From an uncultured delta proteobacterium (GTDB lineage: Bacteria > Myxococcota_A > Polyangia > Fen-1088): DNA of 64,000 nt. Shown piece after piece: positions 38,066 to 48,027 of the stretch. The DNA lies in assembly GCA_963796685.1 (NCBI GenBank), contig CAWCMR010000013.1, positions 448,001-512,000 of the forward strand, read 5' to 3'. The translations under genes and the position numbers were made by a program. A model generated the notes under the pieces. It saw nothing but the letters and a program-made list of their open reading frames with translations. It was not told the DNA's origin and did not search any database. The stretch's first letter is position 1. Every line of letters starts with the position of its first letter.

Positions 38066-39883
38066 CTAGCGGTACCCCTCGGCTTGCAACGCGAATAGGC
38101 GGGCGTAGCGGGCACCGGCGGCCAGCAGCTCGGCGTGGGTCCCTTGCTCGATGACGGTGCCGTTTTCGAGCACGACGATTCGGTCGGCCATGCGCACGGT
38201 GGGGAACCGGTGGGAGATGAGAATCGTGGTGCGTCCCTCGGCCAGGGCGCGAAAGCGCTGGAAGACCGCGTGCTCGGCTTCGGCGTCGAGTGCGGCGGTG
38301 GGCTCGTCGAGGATCAGGATGTCGGCCTCGTCGCGCATGAAGGCGCGTGCCAGTGCCACCTTCTGCCACTGCCCGCCCGACAGATCGACGCCCTCCTTGA
38401 ACCAGCGGCCGAGCTGGGTTTCAAGCCCGGTGGAAAGGCCAGCCACCAGCGCGCGCGCGCCGCCGTGGTCGATGGCGCGGGCCAGTCGCAGGTCGTCCTG
38501 CAAGTGCTCGACGCTGCCGAAGGCGATGTTCTCGCGCAGCAGAAGCTGGTACTGGTTGAAATCCTGGAAGATGACGCCGATGCGGCGGCGCAGGGCCTGC
38601 TCGTCCCAGTCGTCGAGGTTGAGGCCGTCGAGCAGCACGCGGCCCTCGCTGGGACGATACAACCCCGAAAGCAGCTTGATGAAGGTAGTCTTGCCGGCGC
38701 CGTTTTCTCCGACGAGAGCCAGGCTTTGTCCCTTGGGCACGAAGAGGTCGACGTTGCGCAAGGCCCAGAGCTCGGAGCCGGGATAGCGAAAGCCGACCCC
38801 CTCGAAGCGGATGCCTTCTTCGGGCTGGACCACGGCCGGCGCGCTCGATCGAATCCGCTCGGTCGGGATGGCCAGGTACTCGAACAGGTTCGACATGTAG
38901 AGCGTGTCCTCGTACATGCTGCCCACGGCGGTCAAAATGGCTTGAAAGCTCTGCTGTCCCTGCCGGAAGGCCACAAGGTAGAGGGTCATGTCGCCCAGCG
39001 AAAGGCCACCGCGTACCGTGGTGGCCACGATGAAGGCGTAGCAGCCGTAGAACACGGCCGTGCTGACGAGTGATAGGCCATAGCCCCAGCCCGCGCGGCG
39101 CACGGCGAGCTGCCGATCTTCGGCGTAGAAACGCTCGGACAGGCTGCGATAGCGACCGAGCAACAGCGGTCCCAGCCCGAGCAGCTTCACCTCCTTGGCG
39201 TGCTCGTCGTTGGCCAGCACGTACTCGAGATAGAGCAGCCGGCGCGTGTCGGGCGAGCGCCAGTTGCGCAAACGGAACGCGGCGCCCGAATACTTGGCCT
39301 CGGCGATGAAGGCGGGAATCGTGGCGGCCAGCAGCGCGAAAACCATCAGGTTCGAGAAGCGCACGAGCAGCACGACGTAGCCGGCCAAGGTGAGAATGCT
39401 GCGCAAGACCTGGAAGTTGCTTTCGATGAGCGAGAGCGGGCGCAACGAGGCCTCGCGGCGGGCGCGCGAGAGCTTGTCGTAGAATTCGGAGTCCTCGAAG
39501 TGCCGCAGCTCGAGGGTTTCGGCCTTCTTCAAGATGGCGAGGTTGACGTCGATGCCCAGCCGCGCACCAACCAGTTGCCTGACCAGCCCGAGGGAGCGTT
39601 CGAGCAGCGCCATGGCGGCGACCACGGCCAGCTCGAACAACACCATGCGCACGGCGCGGTCGCTGTCGCGGGCAACCACGGCGTCGACGATCAGCTTACC
39701 CACGTAGGCCACGAGGGGCGGCAAGGACGCCGCCAGGATGGTCAGTACGCCGAGACTCGCGGTTCCAAGTCGCGACGAACGCCAAACCAGGCCCAGGGTC
39801 TGGCGCGAGCGCAGAGCGCTGGCCGAGAGGCGCTGCCCGAGACCGACGGGCGTAGAAGGTTGAGGCGGCGGCGACGTAACCAC
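38066..39883 (-). CDS. ABC exporter, fused permease/ATPase
   Basis: TM domain; GENGAGKT, LSGGQWQK, ILDEPT, ISHR. Confidence 0.93.
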   Translation of the reverse strand: MVTSPPPQPSTPVGLGQRLSASALRSRQTLGLVWRSSRLGTASLGVLTILAASLPPLVAYVGKLIVDAVVARDSDRAVRMVLFELAVVAAMALLERSLGLVRQLVGARLGIDVNLAILKKAETLELRHFEDSEFYDKLSRARREASLRPLSLIESNFQVLRSILTLAGYVVLLVRFSNLMVFALLAATIPAFIAEAKYSGAAFRLRNWRSPDTRRLLYLEYVLANDEHAKEVKLLGLGPLLLGRYRSLSERFYAEDRQLAVRRAGWGYGLSLVSTAVFYGCYAFIVATTVRGGLSLGDMTLYLVAFRQGQQSFQAILTAVGSMYEDTLYMSNLFEYLAIPTERIRSSAPAVVQPEEGIRFEGVGFRYPGSELWALRNVDLFVPKGQSLALVGENGAGKTTFIKLLSGLYRPSEGRVLLDGLNLDDWDEQALRRRIGVIFQDFNQYQLLLRENIAFGSVEHLQDDLRLARAIDHGGARALVAGLSTGLETQLGRWFKEGVDLSGGQWQKVALARAFMRDEADILILDEPTAALDAEAEHAVFQRFRALAEGRTTILISHRFPTVRMADRIVVLENGTVIEQGTHAELLAAGARYARLFALQAEGYR

Positions 39884-39954
39884 GACCCACCAACTCTAGC
39901 GCAAAGATCTCGAGCCGCCCCGACGTAGGCGACGATCGACCGGCCAGCGGCCAA

Positions 39955-40347
39955 CTATTGACACTGATAGCTAGCCTGCACGTGGCAGGCGTCTTCACCA
40001 ATCGCCTTGCGACAACTCATCTCGAACAGGCATTGCCAGCTCGCCGCGGTCATCTTGGCCTGCACGGCGGCCTCCGTGCAGGTCGAGGTGCACTGATCGA
40101 GGAGAACAGTATTGAACAGGTCGATATAGGCGGGATTTCCCTTGTCCTCGGCGCACAGGTGGCCGCCGCAGTCGACCAGCCGAGCGCACAAGGTCGCGCA
40201 GCTCATCTGGCTGGGTGGCGTTTCATTGGCCCCATAACCGGTGTCGGGGTGGCCGCTGCTGCCATCACACCCTGCAAGCCCATACCCAAAAGCGACGACC
40301 GCAAGCAACCCCACCGAGGAGCACATGCGCACAATCCATTCACGCAT
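39955..40347 (-). CDS. Small Cys-rich lipoprotein
   Basis: Lipobox LAGC followed by multiple CxxxC motifs. Confidence 0.7.
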   Translation of the reverse strand: MREWIVRMCSSVGLLAVVAFGYGLAGCDGSSGHPDTGYGANETPPSQMSCATLCARLVDCGGHLCAEDKGNPAYIDLFNTVLLDQCTSTCTEAAVQAKMTAASWQCLFEMSCRKAIGEDACHVQASYQCQ

Positions 40348-40403
40348 GTCCGCGAGGGTAACACGGCTTGGGGGGTCGTGTCACTCCAGCGCGTGAGACA
40401 GTG

Positions 40404-41801
40404 CTACAAGGAGACCAGGCGCAACTGGCGCGCGCGGATGGGGGCCGGCAAGGGGATCGGGTAATTGTTCGAGAAGCAGGCGTCGCACAGCCCGCGGTGT
40501 TCCTGCTTGGTCAGCACCTTGGACACGGCGGCGTGCAGCCCCTCGAGCGAGAGGTAGCCGAGGGTGTCCGCGCCCACGAACCGGCGCACCTCGTCCACCG
40601 AGTGCGAGCTGGCGATGAGCTTGTTGCGATCCGGGGTGTCGATGCCGTAGTAGCAGGGACCGATGGTGGGCGGCGAGCTGATGCGCAGGTGAACTTCCTT
40701 GGCGCCGGCCGAGCGAATCATGCCGATGATTTTGCCCGACGTGGTCCCGCGCACGATGGAGTCGTCGACCACCACCACGCGCTTGCCCGTAAGCACGTCG
40801 CGCACCGGAGACAGCTTGAGCTTCACCCCGAAGTGGCGGATGGACTCGGAGGGCTCGATGAAGGTGCGTCCGATGTAGTGCGAACGGATGAGGCCCTGGT
40901 CGAAGGGAATACCGCTTTCGCGTGCGTACCCGATGGCCGCGGCCGTGCCTGAGTCGGGCACGGGGATCACGATGTCCGCCTCCACCGGATGCTCGACGGC
41001 CAGCCGGCGGCCCATGCTCTCGCGTGCGCCGTACACCGACTGCCCCGCGATGGTCGAGTCGGGCCGGGCGAAGTAGATCCACTCGAAGACGCAGCGGCGT
41101 GGCTCTTCGGGCATGAACGGCCGCAGGCTGCGCGCGCCGTCGTTGTCCACGACCAGCATCTCGCCCGGTTCGATGTCGCGGATGAACTCGGCCTCGATGA
41201 GCTCGAAGGCACAGGTCTCGGACGACACGACCCAGCCGTTCTTCTTGTGCCGGCCCAGCGACAGCGGGCGGAAGCCCATCGGATCGCGCACGGCGATCAT
41301 GGAGGATTCCGACAGGAAGGCGAGCGAGTACGCCCCGTGCACCGAGCGCAGGGCGTCGGCCACCCGCGCGGGCAAATCTCCTTCGCGGGAGCGCGCGAGG
41401 AGGTGAAGGATGATCTCGCTGTCGTTGGTGCTCTGAAAGATCGAGCCCTCGTCTTCCAGGCGCGCCCGAACCTCGGCTGCGTCGACGAGATTTCCGTTGT
41501 GGGCCACGGCGATGGAGCCGTGGGAATAGTTCACGGCCAAGGGTTGCGCGTTCTTCAGCACGGAATCGCCCGTCGTCGAGTAACGCACATGGCCTATGGC
41601 CGAGGAGCCGGGGAGCTGGGCCAGACGATCTTCCGTGAAAATCTCGCCCACGTGACCCATCTCGCGGACCCAGCGCAACTGCTCGCCATCGCTGGAAACG
41701 ATGCCCGCCGATTCCTGGCCCCGGTGCTGCAGGGCGTGCAATCCCAGATAGGCGAGCTTCGACGCCTCGGGGTGGCCAAAAATTCCGATTACGCCACACA
41801 T
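40404..41801 (-). CDS. purF: Amidophosphoribosyltransferase
   Basis: MCG N-terminus, [36 protein letters not shown]. Confidence 0.97.
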   Translation of the reverse strand: MCGVIGIFGHPEASKLAYLGLHALQHRGQESAGIVSSDGEQLRWVREMGHVGEIFTEDRLAQLPGSSAIGHVRYSTTGDSVLKNAQPLAVNYSHGSIAVAHNGNLVDAAEVRARLEDEGSIFQSTNDSEIILHLLARSREGDLPARVADALRSVHGAYSLAFLSESSMIAVRDPMGFRPLSLGRHKKNGWVVSSETCAFELIEAEFIRDIEPGEMLVVDNDGARSLRPFMPEEPRRCVFEWIYFARPDSTIAGQSVYGARESMGRRLAVEHPVEADIVIPVPDSGTAAAIGYARESGIPFDQGLIRSHYIGRTFIEPSESIRHFGVKLKLSPVRDVLTGKRVVVVDDSIVRGTTSGKIIGMIRSAGAKEVHLRISSPPTIGPCYYGIDTPDRNKLIASSHSVDEVRRFVGADTLGYLSLEGLHAAVSKVLTKQEHRGLCDACFSNNYPIPLPAPIRARQLRLVSL

Positions 41802-41852
41802 GGGCGTGTGAACCGTATCACATTTGTCACGAGTTGCACGACGCGGACGCGA

Positions 41853-42458
41853 CTACCGCCGTCGAATCTTCTTCTTCGCCCAGGCCGGGGCAGAACCACC
41901 GACGGCGCCCGACACGCGTGGAAACGCGGGAGGAACCGCCGCCGCCGATTCCGCCGGTCGATGGCTGGAGGCATTGGCTGCTGGCGCCGTGAGCTTGGGC
42001 GCCACCTTGCCCGCGAACGACGCGGTCCTGGGCGTCGGCGCCACACGTGGCGGTGCCGGGCGATCCTTGGCCGTGCTGGTGGCGCTCGCCACGGGCTTGG
42101 CCGATGCGCGCGAGGCCACGGCCGCGCGTGCAGCTTCGATATCACCCATGTCCACCCGACCGCGGTAGGCCGCGCCGGCGTCCATGATCACGCGGGGTGC
42201 TGCGAGATCGCCAACCACGCGCGCTGTCGCGAGCAGGCGAACGCTTTCCGAGGCCACGATGTTGCCCACCAGGGTTCCCGAAATCACCAGGTTGCGCACG
42301 TCCACATCGGCCTGCACGATGGCGCCCTTCTCGACGGTGAGCGCCTGCGACAAATGAATCTTGCCGTCGACCCTGCCCTTGACGACAAGATCTTCCTCAC
42401 CGCGGATTTCGCCCGAGATGCGTATCTCGGCGCCAATGACAGTTTCCTTGTCAGCCAT
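41853..42458 (-). CDS. bacP: Bactofilin with Pro/Ala/basic C-terminal tail (BacP-like)
   Basis: Bactofilin domain TVIG...GRVDM plus ~95-aa disordered tail; last of three tandem bactofilins. Confidence 0.78.
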   Translation of the reverse strand: MADKETVIGAEIRISGEIRGEEDLVVKGRVDGKIHLSQALTVEKGAIVQADVDVRNLVISGTLVGNIVASESVRLLATARVVGDLAAPRVIMDAGAAYRGRVDMGDIEAARAAVASRASAKPVASATSTAKDRPAPPRVAPTPRTASFAGKVAPKLTAPAANASSHRPAESAAAVPPAFPRVSGAVGGSAPAWAKKKIRRR

Positions 42459-42467
42459 GGCGACGCC

Positions 42468-42809
42468 TTACACGTCCATGTCGACGTTGCCCTTGAACGT
42501 CGCGCCGTCTGCGACCACGATGCGCGGGGCCTTGGCGTTGCCGACCATCTTCGATTCCGGACGCAGCTCCAGCTTCTCGCGCGCGGTCACGTTGCCGGTC
42601 ACTTTGCCGCTGACCGTGACCGTCTGGCCTTCGATGTCGGCCTCGACGGTGGCCCCGGCTTCGACGACCACGCCCTGCGCGACCGCGATCTTTCCCTTGA
42701 CCGTGCCGAGGATCGTGATGGTCTCCTCGCCGCTGATCTCGCCGTCGACGACGATGCTGCTTCCAATGACCGTGTTCCCCATGGGTTTCGTTTCCTTTTC
42801 CTTTGCCAT
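42468..42809 (-). CDS. bacO: Bactofilin (BacO-like)
   Basis: NTVIGSSIVVDGEI...DGATFKGNVDM; middle gene of the cluster. Confidence 0.78.
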   Translation of the reverse strand: MAKEKETKPMGNTVIGSSIVVDGEISGEETITILGTVKGKIAVAQGVVVEAGATVEADIEGQTVTVSGKVTGNVTAREKLELRPESKMVGNAKAPRIVVADGATFKGNVDMDV

Positions 42810-42827
42810 GATGAGTTCCGTCCTAGG

Positions 42828-43187
42828 CTAGGCGCTTCCGGGAGCCACGCCCGCCGGCAGATCGACGTCCATTTCGATTTCGCCCGAAAAGCGTGCGCCG
42901 TCCGCGATGGTGATGGAGGGTGCGCTGATCTTGCCAGCCACCCGCGCCGTCGCCTCGAGGACGGCCGAACGGGTCGCCGTCACCGGGCCGCGCACCTCGC
43001 CCTTGAGCGTCGCGATGGTTGCCTCGACATCGGCCTCGACCGACGCGGATTCCTCGACCGTCAGGTGGCTTTCCAGGCGGATGTGGCCTTCGATGCGGCC
43101 CTCGACCACGAGATCCTGCTTGCCGGAGACCTGGCCCCGGACCGTGGTTTTGCTGCCGATGAAACAAGGATCTTCGCTAGCCATCAA
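42828..43187 (-). CDS. bacN: Bactofilin (BacN-like)
   Basis: FIGSKTTVRG...DGARFSGEIEM; GAGGAGG RBS; first gene of the cluster. Confidence 0.78.
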   Translation of the reverse strand: MMASEDPCFIGSKTTVRGQVSGKQDLVVEGRIEGHIRLESHLTVEESASVEADVEATIATLKGEVRGPVTATRSAVLEATARVAGKISAPSITIADGARFSGEIEMDVDLPAGVAPGSA

Positions 43188-43214
43188 GTCCTCCTCTGCG
43201 CAGGCGCACGGCGG

Positions 43215-43243
43215 AAGTTATCGTTGCCGATCCCAGGTGTCAA
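43215..43243 (-). promoter_or_regulatory. sigma70-type promoter of the bactofilin operon
   Basis: Minus strand TTGACA-cctgggatcggcaacga (17 bp)-TAACTT, 27 nt upstream of the bacN start. Confidence 0.75.
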
Positions 43244-43247
43244 TCAT

Positions 43248-43325
43248 CATGGGAACCCTGGGAGGGTTCCCAAACCCTCCCGCGTTCTGGCGAAGCCGGG
43301 CAAAGCCCGGCTTCGCCTACGCGAT
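43248..43325. repeat. 78-bp palindromic repeat element (intergenic copy)
   Basis: Overlapping hairpins GGGAACCCT/AGGGTTCCC and GGGAGGGTT/AACCCTCCC, plus a 13-bp stem GGCGAAGCCGGGC-AAA-GCCCGGCTTCGCC. Matches 46335..46412 at 65/78 positions by manual alignment. Confidence 0.85.
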
Positions 43326-43380
43326 CATGGGAACCTATGGTGCGTGCCCTAACGCGATCATGGGAAGCGAACGCCGTTTT

Positions 43381-43403
43381 GTAGGGGCCGCGTGGCGGCC
43401 CTA
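43381..43403 (+). repeat. GTAG-family REP-like hairpin
   Basis: GTAG-GGGCCGC-GTG-GCGGCCC-TA. Confidence 0.6.
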
Positions 43404-43750
43404 TCGCCTCGCCCCGCGCAGCGGGCGAGGGCGCGGCGAAGCCGCGGGGGCAGGTGTAGGGCGTGTAGGACCCGAAGTGCCCGCAGGGCTGAGAGGCCGA
43501 CGCACGAAGCGAGACGGTGAGGGACGACGCGGCTCGCTCTTTCGCCTGATCCTCACCGATGCGGACGTTGGCGACCTCGCCCTGACGGGGTTCCGACGGG
43601 GGGGGCTGGGCTCTTGGCCCGCGCGAGCACCTTGAAAGGGCTGCGCTGAGACGGTTCCCACCTGGGAGGCTTCGCTTCGCCCTCGGTACCCGCCAGCCCG
43701 CCCAGCCACCCTGCTCCCCCGGGCTGCGCGCGGACTTTGGGCTTTAGCAT

Positions 43751-44533
43751 TTAGCGCAGGCCCATGTGGCTGAGCATGGCCATGACCTGCTTGAGATCGG
43801 CCCAGGCTTCGCCCTTGCGGCTCTCGTCGCGCAACAGGAAGGCCGGGTGGTAGGTCGGCATGACCGGGATCTCGTGGTAGGTGCGCAGGTTGCCGCGCAG
43901 GCGGGTGATGGGAGTGCTTTCGCCGCACAGGTATTGGGCGGCAAACTTGCCCAAGGCCACGATCACGCGCGGCTGCACGATGGCGATCTGTTTGCGCAGG
44001 AACTGCTCGCAGGCCTCGATCTCGTCGGGTTCGGGGTTGCGATTCTGGGGCGGGCGACACTTGATGATGTTGCAGATGTAGACCTCGGACCGTTCGTAGC
44101 CCATGGCCTTGATCATCTTGGTCAGAAGCTGTCCGGCCGCGCCCACGAAGGGCTCGCCCCGGGCATCCTCTTCGGCCCCCGGCGCCTCGCCGACGAACAT
44201 CAGGTTGGCGTCGGGGTTGCCCACGCCGAACACGATGTGCCTGCGCCCCTTGGCCAGCTTGCAGCGCTGGCAATCGCCGATCTCGCCGTGCAGGGCATTG
44301 AGGCCACGCCCGCTGTGTAGCACCTGGCCTTCGTCATAGAGGACCGGCGGCGGCGTCGGGTACGGCATGAGCGGCTCGGAATCGACCCCGGACGATGCCG
44401 TCTCGGGTGCCGTGCCAGGCGCAGCGGGCGATGGTCGTCGCGAAACCCCGAGCAGGCCGGAGCGCCCGCGCGCCTCGAGGTGGGTCCGGAACGCGGCGGC
44501 AAGCTCGCGCAGCTCTTGTCGCGGGTCGGACAA
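43751..44533 (-). CDS. udg: Uracil-DNA glycosylase, family 4
   Basis: CQRCKL, VGEAPGAEED...PFVG, KCRPP.NR, PTYHPA. Confidence 0.94.
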   Translation of the reverse strand: MSDPRQELRELAAAFRTHLEARGRSGLLGVSRRPSPAAPGTAPETASSGVDSEPLMPYPTPPPVLYDEGQVLHSGRGLNALHGEIGDCQRCKLAKGRRHIVFGVGNPDANLMFVGEAPGAEEDARGEPFVGAAGQLLTKMIKAMGYERSEVYICNIIKCRPPQNRNPEPDEIEACEQFLRKQIAIVQPRVIVALGKFAAQYLCGESTPITRLRGNLRTYHEIPVMPTYHPAFLLRDESRKGEAWADLKQVMAMLSHMGLR

Positions 44534-44534
44534 G

Positions 44535-45518
44535 TCAGATCTTTCCGAGAATCGAAGCGGTGGCCATCGCGTAGTAGAACGTGGCGGAGGTCTCGGCCGA
44601 AAAACCCGGCATGCGGCCGAGCACGCCCTTGTCGGCGCGCTCGTCGAGCTCGTCCATGATCGCCTTGTAGGAATCGAAGAAGGTCGCGTCGGTCGAGATG
44701 GAAAAGGCGTACCCCAGCGTTGCGGCCGCGCACGAGTTCCAGGTGTTCTCGTCCATGGGCCGCGCGACGAAGGCTTGCGGAAGAGCAGGCGCCACGCGTT
44801 CGCGCAGCCACGCCCCGACGAAAGGAATCGGGCCCTCGGCGCCGATTACGGCCAAAACCCGCGTGGCGGTGGTGCACGAGAAATCGAACAGCCCATCGCG
44901 TGTCGCCAGCTCGGCGGCGAACGGCGGTGGGCTCTTCATGCCGAAGGCGGCATCGACGAAGCGGCGCGCGGTGGCGCTCAGGCCCCGGTCGCCGGTGGCG
45001 CGGGCGTATTCGCCGAGCGTCCACGCCAAAAAGCCCGGATCCTTGAATTCGCGGCCGGTGAGGTTTTCCAGATCGGTCACGTAGGCGCCGAGCAGACGCG
45101 CGGCCGTGGCGACGCGCTCGCGGCGAGCGCTCTCATCGTCGACGGCCTTGTGTCCATCGCCGGCCAGCCAGGCGCGCAGAACCATGGCACAGTCGTAGGC
45201 CGCCTCGTCGCTGGCGTGCGCGGCCAGCGAGCGTGGAATGAAGTCGCCCCAGCTCGATTCCACGAAGCTCCACGCCGAGGCGATGTTGAGCGAATAGCGG
45301 TCGTCGCCGAGCACCTCTTGTCCTCGCGACCACACCCAAATGGCCGACAGTGTACCGTGAAAATCGCCGTCCCCGGAGCCGGGCCAGGGCGGCACATTGC
45401 CGCGCGTGTGCCCGCCCATCTCCTGACGGGACGCCAACGTGTCGCCTGCGTATTGCAGTCGCTCGACGACCCTCGGGCGATAGGAGCCGATCTTTTCTTC
45501 CACCAGGGCACTAGGCAT
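44535..45518 (-). CDS. Hypothetical alpha-helical protein coupled to coaBC and udg
   Basis: ORF 44535..45686 trimmed to ATG 45518 (AAGGAAAA RBS), overlapping the coaBC stop; typical codon bias. Confidence 0.65.
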   Translation of the reverse strand: MPSALVEEKIGSYRPRVVERLQYAGDTLASRQEMGGHTRGNVPPWPGSGDGDFHGTLSAIWVWSRGQEVLGDDRYSLNIASAWSFVESSWGDFIPRSLAAHASDEAAYDCAMVLRAWLAGDGHKAVDDESARRERVATAARLLGAYVTDLENLTGREFKDPGFLAWTLGEYARATGDRGLSATARRFVDAAFGMKSPPPFAAELATRDGLFDFSCTTATRVLAVIGAEGPIPFVGAWLRERVAPALPQAFVARPMDENTWNSCAAATLGYAFSISTDATFFDSYKAIMDELDERADKGVLGRMPGFSAETSATFYYAMATASILGKI

Positions 45519-46983
45519 GCTTTTCCTTTGCGCGCTTATAGGCTGTCTTGCGTTCTGTCTTGGGACTGGTTTGGTCGGAAAGCTTTCGCACCGACGCGAC
45601 GAATTCTTGAGCGATCTTATCCCAGATCGCTCGTGCCAGAAGATCCTTCCGCGCCGGAGGCAGCTCGATGGCGCGACTACCGCCAAAAACCAGCGTCACC
45701 GCGTTTTCATCAGCCCCGAAGCCTACACCCGGACGACCGACCTCGTTGGCGACAACCACGTCACAACCCTTCTCGGCAAGCTTGACGCGGGCACGGTCGA
45801 TGAGCGCCTGGCCCGACACGCCGACCTCGGCGGCGAAGCCAATCAAATAGGGACGGCTCCCCTTGCGCGCGCGGCCGAGCTCGGCCAGAAGATCGGGATT
45901 GGCGACCAAGGGAATCGCCTTGGCGACCTTGGGGCTCGCCTGCTTGCCATCCCGTCGCGAGAGCTTGCCCAGCACGCGCACGCCGGGACGAAAATCGGCC
46001 ACTGCTGCGGCCATGACCACGACGTCGGCACGGGCCGCGCTCTTCTGCAAGGCCTGGCGCATCTCCAGCGCGGACTCGACATCGATGCGTCTGGCGACCA
46101 TGTCGGGCGTGGCCAGCGCGACGGGCCCGGCGATGAGGGTGACCCGCGCGCCCATCCGGCCCGCGGCCTCGGCCAGGGCAAAACCCATCTTCCCCGACGA
46201 GCGATTACCCAGGAAACGCACGTCGTCCACCGCTTCCCAAGTCGGCCCGGCAGTGACCACGATATGCTGACCGGAGAGGGTGCCCATGGCACTGACATCC
46301 GCCGGGCCGAGCCCGTCTCCGCCTTCGCGATTGACATGGGCACCCTGGGAGGGTTCCCATTCCCTCCCGCGTTTCGGCTCCGCCGGGCCGAGCCCGTCTT
46401 CGCCTTCGCGACTCGTCAACTCAGGCCCCAGCCGGGCGAGCGTGGCCGCGAGAATGTCCTCTGGATTCACCATGCGCCCTGCCCCCACCCAACCGCATGC
46501 CAGGTCGCCCGCGTCCGGCCCGACATAGGTCACGCGCCCGTGCCCCACGGTGCACAGGCGCGTGAGGTTGTCCTGCGTGATGGGGTTTTCCCACATGTTG
46601 GTGTTCATGGCCGGAGCCAGCAGGACGGGCGCCTTGGTGGCCAGCACGACGGCCGCCAGCAGATCGTCGGCCATGCCCGCGGCAAAGCGCGCGATGGCGT
46701 CGGCAGTGGCGGGCGCGATGATGATGATGTCCGCGCGGCTGGCCAGCTCGATATGGCCGATGCCACCCTCGGGAACGGTTGCGAAAAGGTCGCGCGCCAC
46801 CTCGTGCCCGGACAGCGCCTGCATGGTGAGCGGCGTGATGAACTCGCATGCCGCGTCGGTCATCACCACCCGCACCTGCGCCCCTGCCCTCACCAACAAC
46901 CGGCACAGCTCCGCGGCCTTGTACGCCGCGATGCCACCCGTCACGCCGAGAACGACGGTCTTGCCAGCCAAATCCGGGGTCAT
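45511..46983 (-). CDS. coaBC: Bifunctional phosphopantothenoylcysteine decarboxylase / synthetase
   Basis: GVTGGIAAYK, HIELA, APAMNTNMW, LACG, TAGPT.E..D.VRFLGNRSSGKMG, AAVADF, GFAAE. Confidence 0.96.
   Translation of the reverse strand: MTPDLAGKTVVLGVTGGIAAYKAAELCRLLVRAGAQVRVVMTDAACEFITPLTMQALSGHEVARDLFATVPEGGIGHIELASRADIIIIAPATADAIARFAAGMADDLLAAVVLATKAPVLLAPAMNTNMWENPITQDNLTRLCTVGHGRVTYVGPDAGDLACGWVGAGRMVNPEDILAATLARLGPELTSREGEDGLGPAEPKRGREWEPSQGAHVNREGGDGLGPADVSAMGTLSGQHIVVTAGPTWEAVDDVRFLGNRSSGKMGFALAEAAGRMGARVTLIAGPVALATPDMVARRIDVESALEMRQALQKSAARADVVVMAAAVADFRPGVRVLGKLSRRDGKQASPKVAKAIPLVANPDLLAELGRARKGSRPYLIGFAAEVGVSGQALIDRARVKLAEKGCDVVVANEVGRPGVGFGADENAVTLVFGGSRAIELPPARKDLLARAIWDKIAQEFVASVRKLSDQTSPKTERKTAYKRAKEKHA
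46277..46412. repeat. In-frame palindromic element inside the coaBC interdomain linker
   Basis: Full copy at 46335..46412; 33-bp direct repeat 46298..46330 vs 46379..46411 (81-bp period); inverted AGGGTGCCCATG / CATGGGCACCCT. Confidence 0.85.
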
Positions 46984-47168
46984 GATGCTCGGGATTTTAG
47001 CATCGAATTCGCGCCCCCGTGCGAACCGGACGAGGCGCCGCGCAATTTTCGTTACTAGGGTGAGCCTCGGGTTTCGCCGGACAGCCAGAGCATCGCCCTT
47101 GCCACTGCGAGCGGGATCTACGTCAAGAGCTTGGCTCCGTGAAGGCTCGCTTGCGCTGTGGCCGGCTC

Positions 47169-48027
47169 TCACCGGGGAGACGCGCAGGCAGCGCCAAGCT
47201 TCCGGCCCAGCTCCTCGACCAGGGCCTTGCGCGACGGAGACGAGTCGTCCACTGCGCCCCATAGCCAGCGGCCGTTCCAGGCGAGCAGAATCTCGCCGTT
47301 GAGAGGGTCCTCGAGGGTCGCGACACCTTCGGCCGGGATGTCCGCCTTGGGCGACTTCGCCACGGCATGGAAAGCGGCGACCATGGCGCGCGCGTCGGTC
47401 GCGTCCTTGCCCTCGACGGCGAACAGGCGAAAACGCGCGCCGCCGACCTCATAGGGCACGGTGGCGGCGTCGTGCAGAAACTTATGCCCCAGGAAATCGC
47501 GCGCGGTCAGCTTCTCCGCGCGAGGCCGCTTGCCCTGGTCGGGAAAACAGGCGAGCAGCGCGGGCAGCTTGCGCGGGCCGGGCAGTTTCGCCGCGATCTT
47601 CTCCGCGAACATGGGCAGGACGGCCGGGTCGCCGCCGCCAGGCAGTGCCAACTTCACGTAGTAGGCGCCGGCGACGAGCTCCAAGTGGTCGGCCCCGGCG
47701 ATGCCTTCGAGCTTGCCCGGCATCTTGGTGCTGCCGGGCCGCCGCTCTTGCGAGTAGATGCCGAAGGCGCGGGCCGCGTCGCGCAGATGGTAAAGGTCGG
47801 CCGTGACCTCGACCTTCTTGGCATTCACGTAGGTGACCGAGGTCAAGATCCTGGAAGTCATACTGCAGGAACGCGTCCGCACCGCCGTCGATGTATTCGT
47901 AGAGATTGTCCGGGGTGTACGTCGTCGGCGGCGCGGCCAGCTTCCATCCGTCGATACGCGGGAGCAGCTTGGCGGCGCCCGGATCCGGAGCGGCGAACAG
48001 CAAGGCCAGCAGCGGAAGCACGGTCAT
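47169..48027 (-). CDS. DUF6599-like exported protein; frameshift at ~47845
   Basis: Signal peptide; YTPDNLYEYIDGGADAFLQYDF; removing one T continues into AFGIYSQER...DFLGHKFL. Confidence 0.75.

Noticed and set aside
43246-43368. Possible CRISPR mini-array (three ATCATGGGAA repeats)
   Set aside because: Repeats are only 10-17 bp with unequal periods (78 and 33 bp) and no cas genes; better explained by the palindromic element.
42907-43635. 242-aa plus-strand ORF running through the repeat region
   Set aside because: Its first part is antisense to bacN and the rest is read-through of repeats with no coding bias.
43570-43730. 6S RNA
   Set aside because: Only a loose CCCACCTG resemblance and the wrong synteny; not called without a covariance-model hit.
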